Below the pieces are notes generated by a model. It did not search any database and had not been told where the DNA came from. It saw nothing but the letters and a program-made list of their open reading frames with translations. A program made the translations under genes and the position numbers. This document shows, one piece after another, positions 1 through 7,933 of a stretch of 64,000 bases of DNA (position 1 is its first letter; the number at the start of each line of letters is the position of its first letter). The stretch comes from an uncultured Armatimonadetes bacterium. GTDB lineage: Bacteria; Armatimonadota; Hebobacteria; Hebobacterales; Hebobacteraceae. The stretch lies in NCBI GenBank assembly GCA_963716175.1, contig OY970296.1:3264001-3328000 (forward strand). The letters run 5' to 3'.

Positions 1-991
1 CATCTTCTACCTCAGCGGGTTCCGCGGATCCTCGGGTGCGCTGCTGATCACAGCGGAGCGGGCGGTGCTGCTCAGCGATTCCCGCTATCGTCTTCAGGCT
101 CGCGAGCAGGCCTCGGACTATGAGTTCATCGAGGTGGAGCGGCGCCTGTTCGACCGATTGGGTGAGTTGGCGAAGAGCTGGGCGGTGGCGCGCCTGGGCT
201 ACGAGGCCGGGCATCTCACCTGCCAGCAGCGGGAGGAGCTGAGCGGAGGGGCCTCCGAGGTAGCGCTCATCTCCTGGTCCCCGCTGGAGGAGTTGCGGGC
301 GGTGAAATCGCCCGAGGAGGTGGATCGCATCCGGCGGGCGGCCGTGCTCGCCGATCAGGCGCTTGCTCGCATCATCGGGCTGCTCCGGCCGGGGGCAAAG
401 GAGCGGGAGGTCGCCCTCGAGGGGGAGTTTCTCATGCGCCGGGGGGGAGCAGAAGCGGTGTCGTTCGACTTCATCGTCGCCTCCGGCCCGCGGAGCGCGC
501 TGCCCCATGCCGACACCACAGAACGGGAGCTGCAGCCAGGCGACCTGGTGGTGGTGGATATCGGAGCCCGCGTTGACGGCTATTGCTCCGACATGACCCG
601 CACCTTCGCCGTGGCATCAGCCTCGGCTCAGGCGCGGGAGATGTACGCCTTGGTCTACCGCGCCCAGCGCGCCGGCGCCGCCGCGGTGAAGGCCGGTGCC
701 GTCTGCGGGGAGGTGGACGCGGCCGCCCGCTCGGTGATCGAGGCCGCCGGCTTTGGCCATGCCTTCGGACATGGCCTGGGTCATGGGGTCGGCATCGAGG
801 TGCACGAAGCCCCTCGCCTGGCGAAGGGCCAGGAGGCCAAGCTGGCCGCCGGCAATGTGGTCACAGTCGAGCCCGGCATCTACCTCGAGGGGTTCGGGGG
901 GGTGAGGCTGGAGGACATGGTGCTAGTCACCGTCGAGGGAGCCGAGACGCTGACCGGATCGCCGATGTCGGCGCACCTGCCCATCCTGTAG
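1..991 (+). CDS. Xaa-Pro aminopeptidase/dipeptidase (M24B), 5'-truncated by window edge
   Basis: Frame open from base 2 (IFYLSGFRGSSG..SDSRY); metal-binding motifs DIGA..YCSDMTRT, HGLGHGVGIEVHE, TVEPGIY, GVRLED. Confidence 0.93.
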   Translation, partial: IFYLSGFRGSSGALLITAERAVLLSDSRYRLQAREQASDYEFIEVERRLFDRLGELAKSWAVARLGYEAGHLTCQQREELSGGASEVALISWSPLEELRAVKSPEEVDRIRRAAVLADQALARIIGLLRPGAKEREVALEGEFLMRRGGAEAVSFDFIVASGPRSALPHADTTERELQPGDLVVVDIGARVDGYCSDMTRTFAVASASAQAREMYALVYRAQRAGAAAVKAGAVCGEVDAAARSVIEAAGFGHAFGHGLGHGVGIEVHEAPRLAKGQEAKLAAGNVVTVEPGIYLEGFGGVRLEDMVLVTVEGAETLTGSPMSAHLPIL

Positions 992-1075
992 GGCGGGCAT
1001 GTCGGAGTTCACCCTGAGCGGAGTCGAAGGGCATGCCCGCCGGCCGTTCTGTAGGGCGGGCCTTCCTATGCCCGC
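987..1075. repeat. Composite REP-like cluster (two TGTAGGGCGGGC..TGCCCGC units, one with nested CCCTGAGCGGAGTCGAAGGG)
   Basis: Units start at 987 and 1050; the TAG in the first unit is the peptidase stop codon; near-identical composite at 30482-30566. Confidence 0.8.
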
Positions 1076-1101
1076 GGTTCGGAGACCGACAGGAGGAGCG
1101 A

Positions 1102-1929
1102 ATGAAGAAAAGCGCGCCCACCGCGCTTCTGCTGCTGCTCTCGGCAGCGGCTGCGCTGCCGGCCCACGCAGTGGTGCTGCGTTATGCCCCGAAGGTGGGG
1201 GTGACCAGCAAGTACCAGCTTACCATGACGGGCCAGGTAGACACTAGCCTGCAAGGCCTGGATCAGGCGATGTCCTTGGGGATAACCGGGGCGGTGCAGT
1301 ACTGCGAGACTGCGCTCTCCGAGAGCCCCGACCGGGTGCGGGTGGAGAGGCGGACCACCGGGGGCAAAGTCACCCTGAGGATGGGGGAGGATGCAGAAAC
1401 CCGGCAAGTGCCGGGCTCCAGGATGGTCGCCGACATGGACCGGCGCGGGCGCTTGCTCAAGATCGTCGAGCAGGATGGCGGCGGCAGGCCGGCTCTGGAT
1501 GACATCCTGGGAGTGAGATGGACCGATCTGGTCAACATCGGGGCCTTCCCCGAGAGCGAGGTGAAGGTGGGCGACACCTGGTCGGACCGGCTCGAGATCG
1601 CCGGAGCGGAGGGAAGCCCGGCAGTGACGCTCCGGCTCACCTCAAAGCTGCTGGAGCTGGCCACCTTCCAGGGCCGCAAGTGCGCCAAGATTCGTGTCAC
1701 ATTCGATGGCCCTCTGACCTTTGGGGCGGCGGAGGATGGGAGGGATTCGGGCTCGATGAAGGCCCTGCTGCACGGTGACGGCATCTGGTACTACGATTAC
1801 GAGAATGGCCTGTACGCGCGTGCAGAGGGTACGGTCGGCCTGAGTATGACCGCCAGCGGGTCGGGATCGCCAGGCGTGCCCATGACCACGAAGATGGCGA
1901 TGGCCCTGAAGCTGAGCCTGGCCGACTAG
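1102..1929 (+). CDS. Secreted hypothetical protein (DUF6263-like, beta-rich)
   Basis: AGGAGG RBS; signal peptide MKKSAPTALLLLLSAAAALPAHA; motifs LRYAPKVG, FPESEVKVGDTW. Confidence 0.7.
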   Translation: MKKSAPTALLLLLSAAAALPAHAVVLRYAPKVGVTSKYQLTMTGQVDTSLQGLDQAMSLGITGAVQYCETALSESPDRVRVERRTTGGKVTLRMGEDAETRQVPGSRMVADMDRRGRLLKIVEQDGGGRPALDDILGVRWTDLVNIGAFPESEVKVGDTWSDRLEIAGAEGSPAVTLRLTSKLLELATFQGRKCAKIRVTFDGPLTFGAAEDGRDSGSMKALLHGDGIWYYDYENGLYARAEGTVGLSMTASGSGSPGVPMTTKMAMALKLSLAD

Positions 1930-2039
1930 GCCGGCGCGGCTGCGCCTATCGCGCTTGCTGCACCCGGCCTGGCAGAGATTGAGGGAGCGGAGAGTCCCCC
2001 CTCCCCCTTCGAAGGTTACCCAGCGTCTCGCCCTGCTCT

Positions 2040-3674
2040 TTAGCGCATGCGCAGGAACATCTGGAAATCCTGAGGATTGCTTGCCATAGCCATGGCCGCC
2101 TGAGGAGTGACCTTGGCCTGGAGCACCAGGGCTTTGAGTGCCTGGTCGAGGGTCTGCATGCCGTCCCCTGCGCTGGATTGCAGCACTGAAGGCATCTGGT
2201 GGGTCTTCCCCTCCCGGATCAGGTTGCGAATGGCCGAGGTCGCCACCAGGACCTCCTGCGCGCACACCCGGCCCTTCCCATCGGCCAGCGGCAGCAGGGT
2301 CTGGCAGATAATGCCCTCCAACACGGTCGAGAGCTGCACCCGGATCTGCTCCTGCTGGTGGGGTGGGAACACATCCACGATCCGGTCCACCGTCTGCGCC
2401 GCGCTCGTGGTGTGGAGAGTGGCGAGCACCAGGTGGCCGGTCTCGGCCGCGGTGATCGCCGCGCTGATAGTCTCCAGGTCGCGCATCTCCCCGATCAGGA
2501 TCACGTCGGGATCCTGGCGCAGCACATGCCTCAGCGCGCTCGCGAAGGTCTTGGTGTCGCTTCCCACTTCCCGCTGGATGATGATGCACTTCTCATTGCG
2601 GTGAAGGAACTCGATGGGGTCCTCGACCGTGACCACATGGCAGCGGCGGGTGACGTTTATCTCTCGGATCATCGCCGCCAGGGTGGTGGACTTGCCGGAG
2701 CCAGTAGGGCCGGTCACCAGGACCAGGCCCCGGGGCCGGGAGCAGAAGGTCTTCAGCACATCGGGCATGCCCAGCCCGTCCAGGGAAGGAGGGTCAACTG
2801 GCACCGCCCGGAACACCGCCCCCAGCGTGCCTCGCTGTCTGTGGATGTTGACCCGGAAACGGGAATGCCCCGGAACGCTGTAGGCGAAGTCCAGCTCCCA
2901 GTTCTCCTCGAACTCGGTGATCTGTTCGTCAATCAGGATGGCGTAGATCAGCTCGTGCACCTTGCGCGGGCTCAACTTCTGGGCGTTGATGGGCACCAGC
3001 TCGCCGTCAATGCGGAGCGTGGGAGCAGTGCCCGCGCCCAGGTGAAGATCGGAGGCGCGCCGTTTCATCACCTGCCGGAGGAGGTCGTCCACATGCATCA
3101 CCTCCTCCGCCTCCGCGCCCGAGGTCGCGGTCCCGGGGCTGGTACGGCGATCCTCGCCGGCCCCTGCCGCGGGCCCCCTCAGCTCTCGGGAGAGCTGGCC
3201 GTAGAAGCGATCAATGGCGGTGCGGACATCGCGCTCAGTGGCTACCATTCGCTCCAGATGCATGCCGGTGCGAGCCTGGATGAGATCGCAGGCCAGGCCG
3301 TCCAGGGGGTTGACCATGGCGAGGTGCAGCGTGGTGTCCACCTGAGACACGGGCACCACGGCGAAGCGCCGCGCCATGGACTCCGGCAGCGCCCGGATGG
3401 CATCCAGGCTGGCCGCGGCCTTGGCCAGGTCCAGCAATCTCAGCCCCAGGCTCTTGCTGATCGCCTGGGCCATATCCTCCGGCGAGATCGCCCCCAGCTC
3501 TACCAGTACGCTCCCCAGCCAGCGGCCTTGGGCCTGATGGATTGCCTGTGCCCGCTCCAGCATGTGCACGTCAACTATCCCCTCGGCCTGCAGGATCTCG
3601 GCCAGCTGTTCGCTGTCCGACCTGGCCTGCACTTTGCCCGCGCCCGGGCTGTGGTCCATTCGAATTGGTGTCAT
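2040..3674 (-). CDS. pilT: PilT-family retraction ATPase with N-terminal MshEN/T2SSE_N domain
   Basis: ASDLHL, GPTGSGKSTT, TVEDPIE, LRQDPDVILIGEMRD, TGHLVLATLHT, AIRNLIRE; first ~160 aa resemble PilB N-domain (LGSVLVELG, AMVNPLD). Confidence 0.9.
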   Translation of the reverse strand: MTPIRMDHSPGAGKVQARSDSEQLAEILQAEGIVDVHMLERAQAIHQAQGRWLGSVLVELGAISPEDMAQAISKSLGLRLLDLAKAAASLDAIRALPESMARRFAVVPVSQVDTTLHLAMVNPLDGLACDLIQARTGMHLERMVATERDVRTAIDRFYGQLSRELRGPAAGAGEDRRTSPGTATSGAEAEEVMHVDDLLRQVMKRRASDLHLGAGTAPTLRIDGELVPINAQKLSPRKVHELIYAILIDEQITEFEENWELDFAYSVPGHSRFRVNIHRQRGTLGAVFRAVPVDPPSLDGLGMPDVLKTFCSRPRGLVLVTGPTGSGKSTTLAAMIREINVTRRCHVVTVEDPIEFLHRNEKCIIIQREVGSDTKTFASALRHVLRQDPDVILIGEMRDLETISAAITAAETGHLVLATLHTTSAAQTVDRIVDVFPPHQQEQIRVQLSTVLEGIICQTLLPLADGKGRVCAQEVLVATSAIRNLIREGKTHQMPSVLQSSAGDGMQTLDQALKALVLQAKVTPQAAMAMASNPQDFQMFLRMR

Positions 3675-3698
3675 TGCCTTCCCTCGTAGTGCTTGCAG

Positions 3699-5105
3699 CT
3701 AGCCACGGTCGCTGGCGGCGGTCTTTGCTGGTTCACCCATCGCGCGTCGCTCCGGGCTGCGCAGTGGCAGCGCCTCCGCCGGCTCCTCCCGCAGCACCGC
3801 CTCCAGCGCCTCCACCACGGCCGGGTCGTAATAGCTGCCGGCATGAATGCGGAAGTGCGCCAGCGCCTCCTGTTCGTTCAACACCGATCCGTAAGGCCGC
3901 TCTGAGATCATGGCATCGAAGCAGTCGGCGACCTTGACGATCCGCGCCAGCAGTGGAGTCTGCTCCCCGGTCAGGCCGTCCGGATAGCCTCGGCCGTCCC
4001 AGCTCTCGTGGTGGTTGCGCACCAGGGCCAGCGCCTCTCGGCTCGGCTTGAGGGGCCGGATGATGCGGTCCCCGATCACGCAGTGCTGGCGGCAGATCGC
4101 TCTCTCCTCCTCTGTGAGCACCCCTCGCTTCAGCAGGATCTCATCCCGGACGCCGATTTTCCCCACGTCGTGCAGGGGAGCGAACACCTCAATATCCCGG
4201 ATCGCCGTCTCCGGCAGCCCCATCTGTTCGGCGACCCTTACCGCCAGGGTGGCGACCCGCTGGCTGTGGGTGGCAGCGTAGTTATCTCTCGCGTCCAGCG
4301 ACCGGACCAGCGAGCGCACTGTCGCCAGGTAGCTTTCCCTCAGCTCGGCGTGAAGCTGAGCGCTCTCCAGCGCCTTGGCTGTCATGTTGGCAAGAGTGGT
4401 CAGGAGGTTGAGATCCCCCGGCGTGAACTGTGACCTCCCGTCTTCGCGGTGCGCCGCCAGCACCCCCGCCAGTCCGTTCTTGAGCCGAAACGGAGCCGAG
4501 ATCAGATCGGCGCGCTCGTTCCAGGCCTGCACCTGGGCCTCCACATCGGTCACGGAATCGCCGCCCGTGATCAGGGGCCCGGGCCAGACCTCCTGGGGGT
4601 TGGGCGCGGTCGCTTCGTGAGGCTCGCAGTAGCTGTGCGACTGGCGGGCATACACCGGGTGACCGCTCCTGGCGTCAACCAGCACCAGGTAGGAACGGGC
4701 CGCCTGCACGCTGTCCGCCAGCGCGTCTACCGCGCGCCGCGAGATATTGTCAACATCCAGCGAACCGGCCAGCTGAGCGCTAACGGTGCACAGGCCGTCG
4801 AGCTGACGCAGCCGCTCGTCCAGGTTGTCCACCGTCGCCCGCAGCTTGCTCACCAGGCGCCGGTTGGTGTACCGCTGCTCCCGCTCCCGGCCCACCAGAT
4901 AGAGAATGGCGCACAGCACCAGCAGCCCGAGCCCGGTGACCAGCACGACTTCATCGTAGGTCATGCCCAGGGTCAGCGGCTGGTAGCCGAACGCCAGCAC
5001 CACCGCCAACCAACTGGCGAAGATCACGATGAAGCTGATCGCCGTCCAGAGGATCTCCTTCCTCTTCTCATCCGGGTCCGAGCAGTCGCGAAAGAGCCGA
5101 TGCAA
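3699..5105 (-). CDS. Membrane-anchored GAF + HD-GYP cyclic-dinucleotide phosphodiesterase
   Basis: Two TM helices, coiled coil, GAF-like segment (FTPGDLNLLTTLA), HSQRVA, LHDVGK, HHESWDGRGYP, VADCFDAM; TTG start after GAGGAGG. Confidence 0.88.
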   Translation of the reverse strand: MHRLFRDCSDPDEKRKEILWTAISFIVIFASWLAVVLAFGYQPLTLGMTYDEVVLVTGLGLLVLCAILYLVGREREQRYTNRRLVSKLRATVDNLDERLRQLDGLCTVSAQLAGSLDVDNISRRAVDALADSVQAARSYLVLVDARSGHPVYARQSHSYCEPHEATAPNPQEVWPGPLITGGDSVTDVEAQVQAWNERADLISAPFRLKNGLAGVLAAHREDGRSQFTPGDLNLLTTLANMTAKALESAQLHAELRESYLATVRSLVRSLDARDNYAATHSQRVATLAVRVAEQMGLPETAIRDIEVFAPLHDVGKIGVRDEILLKRGVLTEEERAICRQHCVIGDRIIRPLKPSREALALVRNHHESWDGRGYPDGLTGEQTPLLARIVKVADCFDAMISERPYGSVLNEQEALAHFRIHAGSYYDPAVVEALEAVLREEPAEALPLRSPERRAMGEPAKTAASDRG

Positions 5106-5133
5106 GCCATTCCCTCCTCGCCCACGGGGCGGG

Positions 5134-5559
5134 CTACAGGTAGTGCTCCTCCCACGAGATCTGCGCCCACTGCGTCTTGCCCTTCCCGGGGATGGGCAAC
5201 CCGCCCCACACATCCCGGTATCTGACCGTGATGCCACCATTGGTGGTCACCACGTCGGCGCAGATGGCGCCGTAGATCTCGGCGTTACCGCTGATCTTGA
5301 CCGACTTGGCGGCGATCAGAGCGAGTGAGTCAGTGCTGGGATTGCCGGCGGTCACATTCCCGGTGATCTTGGTATTGCCAGTGGCCACGATCAACACATT
5401 GGTGTTGGTATAGTTGAAGATCACCGCCATCAGCTCAATCAGGCTGAAGCTCGGCGAGCGCCGTCTGAGTCGCCTGCTGTTGGAAAAGGTTGGTCTTTCC
5501 AGACCGCCCCGCGCGTGTGCTCCCACGCTCGTCTCACTCTCCAGGCTCTGCCAGCTCAC
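5134..5559 (-). pseudogene. Chimeric ORF: truncated prepilin N-terminus fused to PilX-like C-terminus
   Basis: RRRSPS|FSLIELMAVI pilin start breaks off at ~5419 into beta-rich sequence ending ISWEEHYL, typical of PilX-like minor pilin C-termini. Confidence 0.55.
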
Positions 5560-5632
5560 TCCCGGGGCTAGGCGCTTCGCGCCGCCGTGGCGGTTGGCAG
5601 GGCCGAGCTAGCCACTGGCAGTCCAGGTTACG

Positions 5633-5684
5633 CGGGGATAGCAGAAGTCGCCTGTTGGTGAGGAGGTTCCTTCTGCTATCCCCG
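5633..5684. repeat. Perfect 15-bp inverted repeat with 22-nt loop
   Basis: CGGGGATAGCAGAAG (5633-5647) and CTTCTGCTATCCCCG (5670-5684). Confidence 0.85.
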
Positions 5685-5714
5685 ACAAGTCATCTGCTGG
5701 GACGTATGCTGGGA

Positions 5715-5751
5715 GACGGCAAGGCTCCGGGAGCCGCCCGGAGCCGCCGTC
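5715..5751 (-). terminator. GC-rich hairpin just downstream of pilin gene (terminator or 3' stabilising stem)
   Basis: GACGGC..GGCTCCGG/CCGGAGCC..GCCGTC within 10 nt of the pilin stop; no U-tract. Confidence 0.45.
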
Positions 5752-5759
5752 AGCCCACA

Positions 5760-6203
5760 TTACCAGGTGCTGTAAGCGTCACCGTTGATCGCGGTCAGCG
5801 TGGAACCGCTGCTCACGTCGCCGCTGGTAGCAGTGTAGCTCCACGTGGTTGAGCTAGTAGTGAAAGGATCCGCGGGCAGGTTGCCATCCGGGGTGCGGAG
5901 ATACGGTCCCTGCCAGCCGTTGACGTCCAACTGGATGCTGTTGCCACCGTTGCTGCCATCCGCCGGTCTGGTCTGCAGGTCGACGATCGCGGCCGGGTAG
6001 TCGCCGCAGTCAGCCTCGAACTGCTGGATCGCATTCCGGATCTGATGCAGGTCACCCCGCAGGGTCGCTTCCTTCGCCTTGCGGCCTGCGCCGAGCAACC
6101 GCGGAATGACGATCAGGGCCAAGATGGCGATCACCACGATCACGATCAACATCTCGATCAGGGTGAAGCCCTTGTGCTTCCGATTCACCATTCGACTCAT
6201 CAT
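5760..6203 (-). CDS. Type IV pilin / GspG-like major (pseudo)pilin
   Basis: Class III signal RKHKG|FTLIEMLIVIVVIAILALIVIP; WQGPYL and PADPF motifs; AAGGAGG RBS. Confidence 0.92.
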   Translation of the reverse strand: MMSRMVNRKHKGFTLIEMLIVIVVIAILALIVIPRLLGAGRKAKEATLRGDLHQIRNAIQQFEADCGDYPAAIVDLQTRPADGSNGGNSIQLDVNGWQGPYLRTPDGNLPADPFTTSSTTWSYTATSGDVSSGSTLTAINGDAYSTW

Positions 6204-6311
6204 CGTCTTTCTTCACCTCCTTGGCACATGTGCCGAGTTGCTTTCATTCCTCAGGAGTGATCCCCCGCCGGGACGCGGACCGGCCCTCGTGGGGGTCCTG
6301 GCTTCTGAGAG

Positions 6312-6322
6312 CTTATTCCACA
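6312..6322 (-). promoter_or_regulatory. TGTGGAATAAG motif upstream of pilin gene
   Basis: Identical 11-mer at 19740-19750 upstream of the first pil-locus gene, same strand, similar distance to start. Confidence 0.45.
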
Positions 6323-6408
6323 GCCGGGGGCGGGATTTGAGATGAGAAACACCCCGCCCTCCAGGGAACGGGGTGCTTTCGGCTGATCGGCTCAGGCTGC
6401 GGCCTGGG

Positions 6409-7833
6409 CTAGGCCTGGCGGGCCGGGGCCGGCGCCGGGCCATTGCCTCTCGCCGCCGGCTGGGACCTGAGATAGCGGTTTCCACCCTCCCGGTAGGCCT
6501 CCTGGAGCGCTTCTTCCGCGGCCGACAGCAGTTCCTCCGGAGATCGGCCATTGGCCGGAAAGGCCCCGATCCCGATACTCACGGTGACCGGCTGATCTGC
6601 GGCGGCGAGCCGTGCGGAGATGGTCTTCAGGATGCGCTCGGCCAGCACTGCCGCCTCCCGGCCGGTGTGGGGGAGGAGCAGGCCGAAGCGCGTCCCCCGC
6701 AGCCGCGCCACCAGGTCAATGCTGCGCACGTTGGCCCGCAGCAGCCGTGCCAGGGCCCCCAGCTCTGCTCCTGCCAGATCGCCCTGGTCGGCCGCCAGCA
6801 GCAGGATCGAGAACTGCTGAGGATAGCGACGCGCGCGCTCCACCTCTTGGTTCAGCCGCTCCAGGAAGTACTGCTCGGTGGGCAACTTCGTGGTGGGGTC
6901 GGCCGGCGCCGGGCGCAAGGACAGAGAGTAAGCCCCAGAGGCGGCCCGGGTGTGCTCGGAGACCGGCTGCGAGTGAGCCCTCCCGTCGTCCTGGGCCTGC
7001 GCCTCCACGGCCTTCTTCAGCTTCGCCACCGCCCCCCGCAGCAGGTAGGAAGCGTAGTTGACCGAGATGCCCAGGCGGCGCGCGATCTCCGTCTGGTTCA
7101 GGTCCAGGTAGTAGAAATGGTGGACCACCTTCCGCTCCAGGGTCTTCAGCCTGGACATGGCGTCTCGCAGGAAGATCCGGTCCTCGATGGGCAGGTGCAC
7201 TTCGTCGCTGCGCTCGGCGCTCAGCTTCTCCGGATCCACGGCGGGGGCCTGGCTGTCATCATCGCTGCTCGCCGCGTCCAGCGAAGCCACCTTGCTGCGC
7301 TCCCGTGCGTCTAGCATCCGCCGGGTGCTCTCCTGGGTGGTGCCCACCCGCTCCGCAATCTCGGCCAGCGTGGGGGACCGATCCAGCTCCTGGGTGAGCG
7401 CGTCCGTGGCCTTCACGATCTTGGTGGTCAGCTCCTGCACCCAGGCCGGCTGCTTGATCAGCTTTCCCTTGTCTCTCAGGTAATGCCTGATCTGGCCTTC
7501 CACCAGGTGAGTGGCATAGGTCGAGAACTGCACCCCCCGGTCTGGGTCATAGAGGTCAACCGCGTTGATCAGGCCCATGGCACCTTCCTGGAGCAAATCC
7601 TCGTGGGACTCGCCCAGGCCGGCAAACTTGCGGGCCACCGTCTGCACCAGGTAGAGGTGCTGCGAGATCAGCTTATCCCTCAGCACTCGATCGCCCCTGC
7701 CCCGGTAGGCGCGGACGAGGGTGTCCACCTCCTCCCGATCCGGCGCCTTGCGCCTGGCTGGGGTCCCGGCGTTCTTCTTGCGGCTCGCGCCTGCGGCCGA
7801 GCCGCTCGACTTCAGCCGCTGTTGCTTTGTCAT
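6409..7833 (-). CDS. SigB/SigF/SigG-type sigma-70 factor fused to C-terminal degenerate GGDEF domain
   Basis: Region 2 EDLLQEGAMGLINAVDLYDPDRGVQFSTYA..GQIRHYLRD; region 3 SPTLAEIA; region 4 QTEIARRLGIS; GGDEF fold DPTTKLP..RSIDLVARLRGTRFGLLLP..VTVSIG..AEEAL..AYREGGNR. Confidence 0.88.
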   Translation of the reverse strand: MTKQQRLKSSGSAAGASRKKNAGTPARRKAPDREEVDTLVRAYRGRGDRVLRDKLISQHLYLVQTVARKFAGLGESHEDLLQEGAMGLINAVDLYDPDRGVQFSTYATHLVEGQIRHYLRDKGKLIKQPAWVQELTTKIVKATDALTQELDRSPTLAEIAERVGTTQESTRRMLDARERSKVASLDAASSDDDSQAPAVDPEKLSAERSDEVHLPIEDRIFLRDAMSRLKTLERKVVHHFYYLDLNQTEIARRLGISVNYASYLLRGAVAKLKKAVEAQAQDDGRAHSQPVSEHTRAASGAYSLSLRPAPADPTTKLPTEQYFLERLNQEVERARRYPQQFSILLLAADQGDLAGAELGALARLLRANVRSIDLVARLRGTRFGLLLPHTGREAAVLAERILKTISARLAAADQPVTVSIGIGAFPANGRSPEELLSAAEEALQEAYREGGNRYLRSQPAARGNGPAPAPARQA

Positions 7834-7933
7834 GTCGCCACCGGGCCCAGGCTATGGGTGCCCCGCCTGGGCTCTCGTCTCCTTTCCGTGTCCCCGCCGG
7901 CCAGACCCGGGGCTGGCTCCCCCGGTTTGGGCG

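Noticed and set aside
6312-6322. DnaA box or replication origin (TTATTCCACA)
   Set aside because: One base longer than TTATCCACA, isolated copies, no box cluster or dnaA nearby
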